This document shows positions 10,858-18,619 of a stretch of DNA of 32,000 nt, in pieces. The position numbers and the translations under genes were made by a program. Positions within the stretch are counted from its first letter, which is position 1. Each line of letters opens with the position of its first letter. This DNA comes from an uncultured bacterium. Its GTDB lineage: Bacteria > Margulisbacteria > WOR-1 > CAVSGV01. Under the pieces are notes generated by a model that saw nothing but the letters and a program-made list of their open reading frames with translations, ran no database searches and had not been told where the DNA came from. Location of the stretch: contig OY969425.1 in the NCBI GenBank assembly GCA_963699255.1, positions 1,650,001 to 1,682,000 on the forward strand, in the 5' to 3' direction.

Positions 10858-11556
10858 ATGACAAAAAGAACTTTAGCAATAATACCTGCATATAATGAGG
10901 CTTTGAATATTTCAAGGGTCGTTAGCGGTATAAAAAATGCGGCTCCAGATATTGATATATTGGTGGTCAATGACGCATCGAAGGACGACACCTCCCAAAA
11001 GGCGGTCAAAGCGGGAGCTATGGTCATAGATTTGCCCGTCAATTTGGGTATAGGTGGCGCGGTCCAGACAGGATATAAATATGCAAAAATGAACGATTAT
11101 GACATCGCAGTACAGATAGACGGTGACGGGCAACATGACATAAAGTATTTAAATGACCTGATAGGGCCGATCATGAGAGATCAGGCTGACATGGTGATAG
11201 GTTCAAGATTCATCAACAATGAAGGATTTCAATCTACTTTTTTCCGCCGGCTGGGGATCAAATATTTCGGGAAATTGATATCAATTCTGGGCAGATCGAA
11301 TTTTATTGATGTAACCTCCGGGTTTAGATCATGCAACAGGAGGATTATTTCCGAATTTTGCAGATATTATCCCGTCGACTATCCTGAGCCGGAATCTCTT
11401 TTTTCATTGAACAGAAAACGATACCGAATAATTGAAGTTCCGGTCGTCATGAATGAGAGGAGCGCAGGCGTTTCCTCGATCAATTCGCTGAAAAGTGCTT
11501 ATTATGCTATTAAAGTGACGCTGGCGATATTGATAGATATGTTCAAAAGAAATTAA
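10858..11556 (+). CDS. Glycosyltransferase family 2 (DPM1/ArnC-like)
   Basis: LAIIPAYNEALNI...VVNDASKDDTSQ...VQIDGDGQHD...DVTSGFRSCNRR. Confidence 0.9.
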   Translation: MTKRTLAIIPAYNEALNISRVVSGIKNAAPDIDILVVNDASKDDTSQKAVKAGAMVIDLPVNLGIGGAVQTGYKYAKMNDYDIAVQIDGDGQHDIKYLNDLIGPIMRDQADMVIGSRFINNEGFQSTFFRRLGIKYFGKLISILGRSNFIDVTSGFRSCNRRIISEFCRYYPVDYPEPESLFSLNRKRYRIIEVPVVMNERSAGVSSINSLKSAYYAIKVTLAILIDMFKRN

Positions 11557-11576
11557 GCAAAAGGAGGGTTTATAAT

Positions 11577-11948
11577 ATGGCTGAAGTCATCCCGGTCAAG
11601 CTGCAAATATTCCTGATCGTTATGAGTTGTATTATTACGGGGTATGTTTTTTATCTTGTCAGGAATGAGGTTATTGAATTAAAATATTCGATCATTTGGG
11701 TGATATGCGGACTTTTATCCATATTAATATCAGTATTTCCTCAGATCATTGTTTTTTGCGCCAGACTTCTTGGAATTGGACTTCCTTTCAATTTTATTTA
11801 TCTTTTCATATTCCTTTTTATTGTTATTACCCTATTGAACCTGACCGTTGCAGTATCCAAAACCGCGGTACGAACCTCAAAATTAGCTCAGGAGATTGGC
11901 ATGCTTAAGGCAGACCTGTCAAGAATTTACCGGAAAGACAAACTGTAA
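11577..11948 (+). CDS. DUF2304-like small membrane protein
   Basis: 123 aa with three hydrophobic helices, KLQIFLIVMSCIITGYVFYLVRNEVIELKYSIIW..., immediately downstream of a GT2 (a typical GT2-DUF2304 pairing). Preceded by AAAAGGAGGG. Confidence 0.75.
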   Translation: MAEVIPVKLQIFLIVMSCIITGYVFYLVRNEVIELKYSIIWVICGLLSILISVFPQIIVFCARLLGIGLPFNFIYLFIFLFIVITLLNLTVAVSKTAVRTSKLAQEIGMLKADLSRIYRKDKL

Positions 11949-12068
11949 TAATGTTAAAAGCTGTATTACTAAATGAATTCACTAAACCAAATTTCCATTC
12001 TTTTGCCGTTCTGTGAAAGGCAATGTATACTGACTGTAGTTTTTCAGCAAAAGAGAGGCTTAATTATT

Positions 12069-12134
12069 ATAAAAGATCTTGTCAGCACAATCATTCCCTG
12101 CTGGAACGGTCAAAGAATATTTATGATAAATTAA
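12069..12134 (+). pseudogene. Remnant of a GT2 5' end (IIIKDLVSTIIPCWNGQRIFMIN*)
   Basis: Short translatable stretch closely matching the N-terminus of the GT2 at 12802 (LNYTKSLVSIIIPCWNARDYIKK); shared nucleotides include CCCTGCTGGAACG. Confidence 0.5.
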
Positions 12135-12173
12135 ATAAAAGGGAAAAAAGGCTGACAAAAGGAGTGTGTTAAA

Positions 12174-12722
12174 ATGAATACAAAAAACAGACTAAATAAA
12201 GGATGTATAGCTTTTGTTATGTTTATGGCGTTAGTTTTATTATGCTCGGGTTGCGGCCACTTCAGAGAATATGATCTTGTTAAGAACTTTGAAAAAGCAA
12301 ATATCACAGGTCGTAGGCCGATGTCAGATAATGCCTGGGGCAAGACAGTTGCAAGGATAGAGATTAACGGCAAGGCATGCATTTTCTCTCATCCGGATTC
12401 AAGCCTGTCATATATGATAGCGCTACCTAAAGGAGAGAGCCTGGTTTTCAAATCTTCCGTTGGATACCACCCTGCTGCCAAAAATTGGGGTGTTAGTGAC
12501 GGGGTAAGGATGACGATTAAAATATCAGATGGCTCCGAATCAAAGATAATATTTGATAGGTATGTCATGCCGAAGGATAAATTGTTTAATATAGTGATCT
12601 CTTTAGATGACTATTCGGGTAAAAACATAACATTAAAGCTTTCTTCGATTAATGATCCGGGCAAGAACGCAAATGGGGATTGGGCTGTATGGTTTGAGCC
12701 GAGGATAATCCTGGGAGAATAA
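12174..12722 (+). CDS. Putative lipoprotein/exported protein of unknown function
   Basis: N-terminal signal-like segment GCIAFVMFMALVLLCSGCGHF with possible lipobox (SGC); good SD AAAAGGAGTG; remaining ~150 aa beta-rich in appearance. Confidence 0.6.
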   Translation: MNTKNRLNKGCIAFVMFMALVLLCSGCGHFREYDLVKNFEKANITGRRPMSDNAWGKTVARIEINGKACIFSHPDSSLSYMIALPKGESLVFKSSVGYHPAAKNWGVSDGVRMTIKISDGSESKIIFDRYVMPKDKLFNIVISLDDYSGKNITLKLSSINDPGKNANGDWAVWFEPRIILGE

Positions 12723-12801
12723 TCATTCTTATAATGTACGGGAATGTCCCATTGTTTTGCGTTTTTACTTATCGTTGGATAATTTATTAAGGTGGTTTAT
12801 A

Positions 12802-13945
12802 TTGAATTATACTAAAAGCTTGGTAAGCATAATAATCCCCTGCTGGAACGCGCGTGATTATATTAAGAAATGTTTCAACTCCGTGAAAGCGCAGAGCTAT
12901 GCGAGCATCGAGGTTATCGTTGTAGATAACGGCTCAACCGACGATTCAAAGAAATTGGTCCGCCGTTTTGCTAACGGCCTCAAGATTCTCCATTATCGAG
13001 AATCCGGTAAATTACGGCTTTGCCAGGGCGATGAACCAGGGCATTGCGGCTTCAAAAGGCGAATTCGTTTTCACCCTCAATCTTGACGTCGAGCTTGAAC
13101 CCGATCATATCGAAAAGCTTGTAAAAGCATTTCAAGATCCTAACATCGGATCCGCCACAGGCAAGCTCTACAGGCCTCCGGAATACTTCAAAGGCAAAAA
13201 GATCATTGACACGACCGGCCATATTCTTCTGGCTAACAGGGGGATCAACAGCAGGGGAGAGCTTGAGGAAGATTTGGGCCAGTATGATGACAAAACGGAT
13301 ATCTTCGGCGTGTGCGCGGCGGCGGGGATGTACAGGCGAGAAATGCTGGATGACGTGAAGGTCGCGGGCGAATATTTCGATGAGGACTATTTCGCTTCGT
13401 TCGAGGATACCGACCTTGACTGGAGGGCGGTTCTGCGGGGATGGAAGAGCGTCTATGTGCCGTCCGCCGTCGGATATCACAAAAGAAAAGCATTTGACTG
13501 GAATTATACCGATGAGATGGTATCCAATTCCAAGCGGAACAAGTTCCTGACCGCGATCAAGAACGACTCTATTATCAATTATATCATCGATCTTCCTGTC
13601 ATCCTTTCGTATGAGATCGAGAATATACTTTACAAGCACTTTAAGAACTACCGTTTGTTTTTCCTGGGCTATTATAAGATGCTGAAGGGACTGCCTTCGG
13701 CGCTGAAAAAAAGAGCGCTCTTTATCGGCCGGAGCAAAATATCGCCGCTCTCCTTCAGGAAGCATATATTTTATGAAAAGGATGATATCTTGAAGATCCG
13801 CGATCTGATCGCCCTTGCGGCCCTCATCCTGTTCCTGACCTGGTTGATCGGAGGACGGAACACGTTCTTTCTGGCTTTATTCATCTTTCTTATCTTCAAT
13901 CCGGCGGTGTATTACATCAAAGGCAGGCCGGATACGGAGGACTAA
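12802..13945 (+). pseudogene. Glycosyltransferase family 2, interrupted by a net +1 frame change near 12985-12996 (track ORFs 12757..13086 and 12968..13945)
   Basis: Frame 1 gives LVSIIIPCWNARDYIKKCFNSVKAQSYASIEVIVVDNGSTDDSKKLVRRFANGLKIL; frame 2 continues IIENPVNYGFARAMNQGIAASKGEFVFTLNLDVELEPDHI... Together they make one contiguous GT2. TTG at 12802 has AAGGTGG upstream. Confidence 0.8.
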
Positions 13946-13998
13946 TCCCCCCAACCCCCTTTATTAAAGGGGGTGCGAGCAAAGCGAGCGGGGGATTA
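13943..13998. repeat. Nested inverted repeat between convergent genes
   Basis: Inner perfect palindrome CCCCCTTTA-T-TAAAGGGGG (13955-13973); outer arms TAATCCCCC (13943-13951) and GGGGGATTA (13990-13998). Confidence 0.75.
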
Positions 13999-14007
13999 AA
14001 GATCTCA

Positions 14008-14724
14008 TTATTTGAGCCATTTTCCCCTGCACAGGACGTTCTTTACATATATATGGCTAATCTCCAGCATTTTACCCAGGGTTTCGGCATCGAACGGTTT
14101 AAGCGTTCTCAGGTGGATATCCTTGCAGTTCTCCGGCTCGAACTGCTGAAGGACGTATTTTTTCGCCCCCGCTATCAGTTTTGATATGCCTTCTATTTCC
14201 GCGATCCCGGTTATCGTGGGGGCCACGGTTGTCCTGAATTCGTAATCGACCTTGCCCGAGAGGAGGAATTGAACGCTTTCCTTTACGGCTTCCGTGTTCA
14301 CCTTCACGTTCGCGGCTTTGTTATAATCTTCAAGCGGGGCCTTTATGTCCATCGCGACAAAATCGAGCAGGCCATCCCTGACCAGTTCCTTGACATAAGC
14401 CGGGTCCGATCCGTTCGTATCAAGCTTCACAAGGAACCCTTTTTGTTTGACCTTTTTTATGAATTCCGTCAACCCGCGGTCCTTGTGGAGCGTGGGTTCG
14501 CCGCCGGTTATGCAGACCCCGTCGATGAAATCCTTGTGGCCCTGCAGGTAATCAAAGACCTTTTCTTCGGGAATGGTCCTGTATTTTTCGGGATGATCTA
14601 TCAGGCCGATGTTCTGGCAGTACGGACAGCGGAAGTTGCAGCCAGGCAGGAATATGACCGAGACGATCTTTCCGTCCCAATCCAGCAGGGAAGTCTCGAT
14701 GAATCCTTTTATCTCAAGGGTCAT
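14008..14724 (-). CDS. Anaerobic ribonucleoside-triphosphate reductase activating protein-type radical SAM enzyme
   Basis: GFIETSLLDWDGKIVSVIFLPGCNFRCPYCQN (CxxxCxxC) ...GVCITGGEPTLH...KLDTNGSDP, typical of NrdG-like activating proteins. Confidence 0.87.
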   Translation of the reverse strand: MTLEIKGFIETSLLDWDGKIVSVIFLPGCNFRCPYCQNIGLIDHPEKYRTIPEEKVFDYLQGHKDFIDGVCITGGEPTLHKDRGLTEFIKKVKQKGFLVKLDTNGSDPAYVKELVRDGLLDFVAMDIKAPLEDYNKAANVKVNTEAVKESVQFLLSGKVDYEFRTTVAPTITGIAEIEGISKLIAGAKKYVLQQFEPENCKDIHLRTLKPFDAETLGKMLEISHIYVKNVLCRGKWLK

Positions 14725-15044
14725 AGGCGGGATTTGATCTTCTCCGAAAGGTTCCTCTGGGAAATGAATCCGACCAGCCGTTCCAGCTCTTTCCCGTCCT
14801 TGAAAAGGACCAGCGTGGGGATGCTCATAACGGCGAACTCTGCGGCTGTGCCCGGGTTTTCATCAATGTTAAGCTTGACGACTTTCACTCTGCCGACGTA
14901 TTCCGCCGCTACGGCGTCGATTATGGGAGACAATGTCCGGCAGGGCGCGCACCAGGATGCCCAGAAGTCCACAAGGACCAGGGACGGGTGCTGAAGGACT
15001 TCGACTTTAAAATCGGAATCTTTTACTTCCTGCGCTTTGCTCAT
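14721..15044 (-). CDS. trxA: Thioredoxin
   Basis: VLVDFWASWCAPCRTLSPIID...IDENPGTAAEFAVMSIPTLVLFKDGKE. ATG at 15044 is preceded by GGAGG; the track's 15059 is an upstream alternative. Confidence 0.93.
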   Translation of the reverse strand: MSKAQEVKDSDFKVEVLQHPSLVLVDFWASWCAPCRTLSPIIDAVAAEYVGRVKVVKLNIDENPGTAAEFAVMSIPTLVLFKDGKELERLVGFISQRNLSEKIKSRL

Positions 15045-15114
15045 TTTATTATCCTCCATTTAAGGGTTTTGATTTTACAAGAGGAATAGTGTTAATACAA
15101 GTGGAAGTTTTAAG

Positions 15115-15234
15115 AAGAGGAGCTAGGTGAGCTATAAGCGGAAGATGTGAAAACGTTAAGACGTTAAGACGTGAAAGAAGAGAATGCGTCTTAACCTCTC
15201 TTCCTCTAAACCCCTAGCTCTTCTAGCTCCTCTT
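15115..15234. repeat. Imperfect long inverted-repeat element in a divergent intergenic region
   Basis: Outer 12-bp arms AAGAGGAGCTAG (15115-15126) / CTAGCTCCTCTT (15223-15234); inner GTTAAGACG (15155-15163, repeated at 15163-15171) / CGTCTTAAC (15187-15195). Confidence 0.7.
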
Positions 15235-15254
15235 TGCTATAATCACCAGGTTTT

Positions 15255-15695
15255 GTGATAAGACCTGCAGCTGAGCCGGATATTCCCAGGATACTTGAGA
15301 TCGAAAGGTCCTCATACGCCGATCCCTGGGAAGAAAACCTGTTCACCGAAGTTTTGGGCGCGGGTGGAAAATATTTTTTTGTCGATGAGGGACAGAGCGG
15401 ATTGACCGGATACGTCGTTTTTGAACCGGTCCTTGATGAAGGGCATATCACGAACCTCGCGGTGGATAAAAAGCATCGGGGCAGGGGAATCGCGACCGGG
15501 CTTTTGAACAAAGTGCTGGACCTGGCGGAAGAATTGAATGTAAGATCGATATTCCTTGAAGTAAGGGGATCGAACGAGGCCGCCAGAAAACTTTATTCAA
15601 AGTTCGGATTCGAACAGATCGCGAAAAGGAAGGGCTATTATTCGGCCGCTAATGAAGACGCGCTGATATTGAGATTGGAAAGGGGAAAAAAATGA
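15255..15695 (+). CDS. rimI: Ribosomal protein S18 alanine N-acetyltransferase (GNAT family)
   Basis: MIRPAAEPDIPRILEIERSSYADPWEENLF...ITNLAVDKKHRGRGIATGLL...LEVRGSNEAARKLYSKFGFEQIAKRKGYYSAANEDALIL. GTG start. Confidence 0.9.
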   Translation: MIRPAAEPDIPRILEIERSSYADPWEENLFTEVLGAGGKYFFVDEGQSGLTGYVVFEPVLDEGHITNLAVDKKHRGRGIATGLLNKVLDLAEELNVRSIFLEVRGSNEAARKLYSKFGFEQIAKRKGYYSAANEDALILRLERGKK

Positions 15696-17953
15696 AGATC
15701 GTCGCATCGAACATAGGATATCCGTCCATCGGAGAAAAAAGGGAATTGAAGTTCCTCATAGAGGGTTTCTGGAGGGGGGAGAAGAGCAGGGACGATCTCG
15801 AGGCTGGAGCGCATGCGGTCCTTTCGGAAAACCTGCGCAGGCAGGGAGTACTCGATTCCGTTCCTCTTGGGGAATTCACGCTCTACGACAGGATGCTTGA
15901 TCTTACGGTCCTTTTTAATCTCATCCCGAAAAGATTCGAAGTGACCGGCGACGAAACAAAGCTTTATTTTGAAATGGCGAGGGGCAAAGGCGCGATGGAG
16001 ATGACGAAGTGGTTCAATACGAATTACCATTATCTGGTGCCCGAGCTTACAGATGACATGAGCCCGAAGATCAATGCCACACGCAACAAATACCTGATGA
16101 TGTTAAGGGAACACGGCAAGAGCAATAAAGCGGTCACGCTCATAGGGCCTTATACCTTCGTCAAGCTGTCAAAGGGATACAAGGATTTTTCAAAGTGGTT
16201 TAACGCGATCTCCGATCTTTATTGCGAGCTGATAAAAGGCCTGTGCAGGGAAGGCGCCAGGTACGTGCACATCGAGGAACCGGCTCTTGTGACCGACATA
16301 CCGAAGAGCGACATCAAATATCTGGACAAATTCCTGTCAAAGATCAAAGGATGCGGAGCAAAGATCATGCTCGTGACCTATTTTGATTCTATCACCCACT
16401 ACAAGGAAACCGTTGCTCTGCCCGTGGATGCGATCGGGATGGATTTCGTGAGCAATGACGGGAATTTGGCTAACATTAAGAAATACGGTTTTCCAAAAGG
16501 CAAAGTGCTGATGGCCGGCATAGTGAACGGCAGGAACATCTGGATGTCAGCTCTAAAACAAAAGATCGATCTGTGCCGGGCCTTGATCAAGAGGATCAAA
16601 CCGGATGAGCTCATCATTTCACCTTCCTGCAGCTTGCAGCATGTCCCTGTCTCCGCGAAATATGAGACGGCGCTGCCGAAAGTGCTGAAGGATAATCTGT
16701 CCTTCGCGGATGAAAAGATCGCCGAGCTTATGACGATCAAGAAAGCTCTGACCGAAGGCGACAGTTCAGTGAGCAAGGAATTGAAAGATAACGCGAGAAA
16801 ACTCGATGAATTGTGCTGCTGTGCGGAGCGCAACCTGAAAGATGTTAAAGCAAGGCTCAAGAAGCTGAAAGCTTCAGATTTTAAACGGAAAACGCCGTTC
16901 GCCTCAAGGAAGATCCTCCAGCAGAAAGCGTTGAAGCTGCCGCTGCTTCCTTCCACGACCATCGGAAGCTTCCCTCAGACAGGTGAAGTGAGGCATATGA
17001 GGCTTGCTTACAGGCGGGGCGAGATAACAGAACAGCAGTACAAGGCTTTCATAAGAGAAAAGATAAATGAGGTGATCAGGCTGCAGGAGAATATCGGGCT
17101 TGATGTGCTGGTCCACGGCGAATTCGAGAGGACAGACATGGTGGAGTTCTTCGGGGAAAAACTTTCGGGCTTCGTGACGTCGTCGAACGGCTGGGTGGCT
17201 TCTTACGGGACCAGATGCGTAAAGCCCCCGATAATCTGGGCGGATGTGAAGATGATGCGCCCGATGACGATAGAGGAGATAGCTTACGCTCAATCACGCA
17301 CCAAGCACATAGTGAAAGGAATGCTGACCGGCCCGATGACGATAATAAGCTGGTCTTTTATCCGCGACGACATCCACAAAAAGGACATCGCCAACCAGAT
17401 AGCGCTTTCCCTTAGCGATGAGGTAATGGACCTTGAGAAGAGTGGGATAAAGATCATTCAGATAGACGAGCCGGCGCTTCAGGAAGGCGCGCCAATAAAA
17501 GAAAAGGACAAGGCGAAATACTATGACTTTGGAGTGAAAGCTTTCAGGCTGTGTTCTTCAAAGGTGAAGCCGCAGACGCAGATACACACGCACATGTGTT
17601 ATTCGAACTTCAATGAGATCATAAAATATATCGACCTTATGGATACCGATGTCATTTCCATCGAGAACTCCAGAAGCAAGGGGGAGCTCCTGGATGTTTT
17701 CAAGAAGTTCAAATATAAGAAGGGCATAGGTCCGGGCATGTATGACATTCACAGTCCGGCGATACCGACCGTGGAGGAGATGTCAGACCTCCTGCAAAAG
17801 AGCTTGAGGAATTTGAGGCCGGACCAGCTGTGGATCAATCCTGATTGCGGGCTCAAGACGAGGGGATATGAAGAGACCGTGCCGGCGCTGAAGAACATGG
17901 TAATGGTAGCCGTGGAGTTCAGGTCACGGCTGGCTTCAAAGAAGCAAAAATAG
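15692..17953 (+). CDS. metE: Cobalamin-independent methionine synthase (5-methyltetrahydropteroyltriglutamate-homocysteine methyltransferase)
   Basis: 753 aa, full length. C-terminal catalytic domain motifs LPSTTIGSFPQT, VHGEFERTDMVEFF, GMLTGPMT, IQIDEPALQEG, HTHMCYSNF, NPDCGLKTR. Confidence 0.94.
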   Translation: MKIVASNIGYPSIGEKRELKFLIEGFWRGEKSRDDLEAGAHAVLSENLRRQGVLDSVPLGEFTLYDRMLDLTVLFNLIPKRFEVTGDETKLYFEMARGKGAMEMTKWFNTNYHYLVPELTDDMSPKINATRNKYLMMLREHGKSNKAVTLIGPYTFVKLSKGYKDFSKWFNAISDLYCELIKGLCREGARYVHIEEPALVTDIPKSDIKYLDKFLSKIKGCGAKIMLVTYFDSITHYKETVALPVDAIGMDFVSNDGNLANIKKYGFPKGKVLMAGIVNGRNIWMSALKQKIDLCRALIKRIKPDELIISPSCSLQHVPVSAKYETALPKVLKDNLSFADEKIAELMTIKKALTEGDSSVSKELKDNARKLDELCCCAERNLKDVKARLKKLKASDFKRKTPFASRKILQQKALKLPLLPSTTIGSFPQTGEVRHMRLAYRRGEITEQQYKAFIREKINEVIRLQENIGLDVLVHGEFERTDMVEFFGEKLSGFVTSSNGWVASYGTRCVKPPIIWADVKMMRPMTIEEIAYAQSRTKHIVKGMLTGPMTIISWSFIRDDIHKKDIANQIALSLSDEVMDLEKSGIKIIQIDEPALQEGAPIKEKDKAKYYDFGVKAFRLCSSKVKPQTQIHTHMCYSNFNEIIKYIDLMDTDVISIENSRSKGELLDVFKKFKYKKGIGPGMYDIHSPAIPTVEEMSDLLQKSLRNLRPDQLWINPDCGLKTRGYEETVPALKNMVMVAVEFRSRLASKKQK

Positions 17954-17956
17954 TGC

Positions 17957-17985
17957 TTGACAAGAAAACCCTGACATTGTAAAAT
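17957..17985 (+). promoter_or_regulatory. Strong sigma70-type promoter upstream of the rpmG cluster
   Basis: TTGACA (17957-17962), 17-bp spacer, TAAAAT (17980-17985). Confidence 0.65.
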
Positions 17986-18021
17986 CTCCTTTTGTTTCGC
18001 TGAAAATAATCCCTTTTAATT

Positions 18022-18036
18022 TCCAGAAATTCTGGA
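18022..18036. repeat. Palindrome/hairpin in the rpmG leader
   Basis: TCCAGAA-A-TTCTGGA, perfect 7-bp arms, between the predicted promoter and rpmG. Confidence 0.45.
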
Positions 18037-18092
18037 TGAGGGGATGTTTCGTCTTTTGGTAAGTACAACATATAAGTATGTAAGGGGAAGCT

Positions 18093-18242
18093 ATGAGAGA
18101 GGTAATTACGATCTCGTGTACGGTCTGCAAGAGAAAGAATTATTCGTCAACGAAGAATAAAAAGACAACGCCCGACAGGCTAGAACTCAGCAAGTATTGC
18201 AAGTGGTGTAAAAAGCATACGCCGCACAAAGAGGAAAAGTAA
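18093..18242 (+). CDS. rpmG: 50S ribosomal protein L33
   Basis: Read directly from sequence (absent from track because short): [49 protein letters not shown]; two CxxC pairs; SD AGGGGAAG. Confidence 0.95.
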   Translation: MREVITISCTVCKRKNYSSTKNKKTTPDRLELSKYCKWCKKHTPHKEEK

Positions 18243-18259
18243 TTTCTCAGCTGGAACAC

Positions 18260-18336
18260 GGGCGAGTAGCTCAATTGGCTAGAGCACTGGTCTCCAAAAC
18301 CAGCGGTTGGGGGTTCAAGTCCCTCCTCGCCTGCCA
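18260..18336 (+). tRNA. tRNA-Trp (anticodon CCA), 3' CCA encoded
   Basis: Cloverleaf folds: acceptor GGGCGAG/CTCGCCT, D-arm GCTC/GAGC, anticodon arm CTGGT-CTCCAAA-ACCAG with anticodon CCA at 18294-18296, T-arm GGGGG-TTCAAGT-CCCTC. Confidence 0.97.
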
Positions 18337-18406
18337 TCGAGCAGATGTGGAGAGAACCATGGCCTGCGGGTTTTGTTTTGATCGGTGAACGCAGGATTTA
18401 TTATTT

Positions 18407-18619
18407 ATGAATTATAAAGAAATAAAAGAAAAAATAGTCAACTATCTGAACGATATCAGATCCGAATCGAAAAAAGTGATCTGGCCGGGCAGGAGCTATG
18501 TTACGGCGGCTACGGTCATTGTTCTTGTCATTGTTTTCCTGGTGGCGGGGTTCGTTATGTTCATTGATTACGGTTTCGCGAAGTTCTTTTTGAATTTCAG
18601 TAAGGCGGTCCCGCGCTGA
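18407..18619 (+). CDS. secE: Preprotein translocase subunit SecE
   Basis: Small single-TM protein IVNYLNDIRSESKKVIWPGRSYVTAATVIVLVIVFLVAGFVMFIDYGFAKFF, located before nusG. Confidence 0.95.
   Translation: MNYKEIKEKIVNYLNDIRSESKKVIWPGRSYVTAATVIVLVIVFLVAGFVMFIDYGFAKFFLNFSKAVPR

Noticed and set aside
13955-13973. Classic rho-independent terminator
   Set aside because: The stem is perfect but the loop is a single base and neither side has a T-tract directly after the stem; reported as a repeat element instead.
14269-14994. 241-aa plus-strand ORF opposite nrdG-like and trxA genes
   Set aside because: The minus-strand genes have clear CxxxCxxC and WCAPC motifs and correct SD and overlap; the plus-strand ORF spans both and shows no domain signal.
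15238-15243. TATAAT box as a confident rimI promoter
   Set aside because: No convincing -35 hexamer 16-18 bp upstream; mentioned only as context for the repeat element.
15206-15511. 101-aa minus-strand ORF at the start of rimI
   Set aside because: Antisense shadow of rimI overlapping the inverted-repeat element; its C-terminal SKEELEELGV-like sequence comes from repeat DNA.
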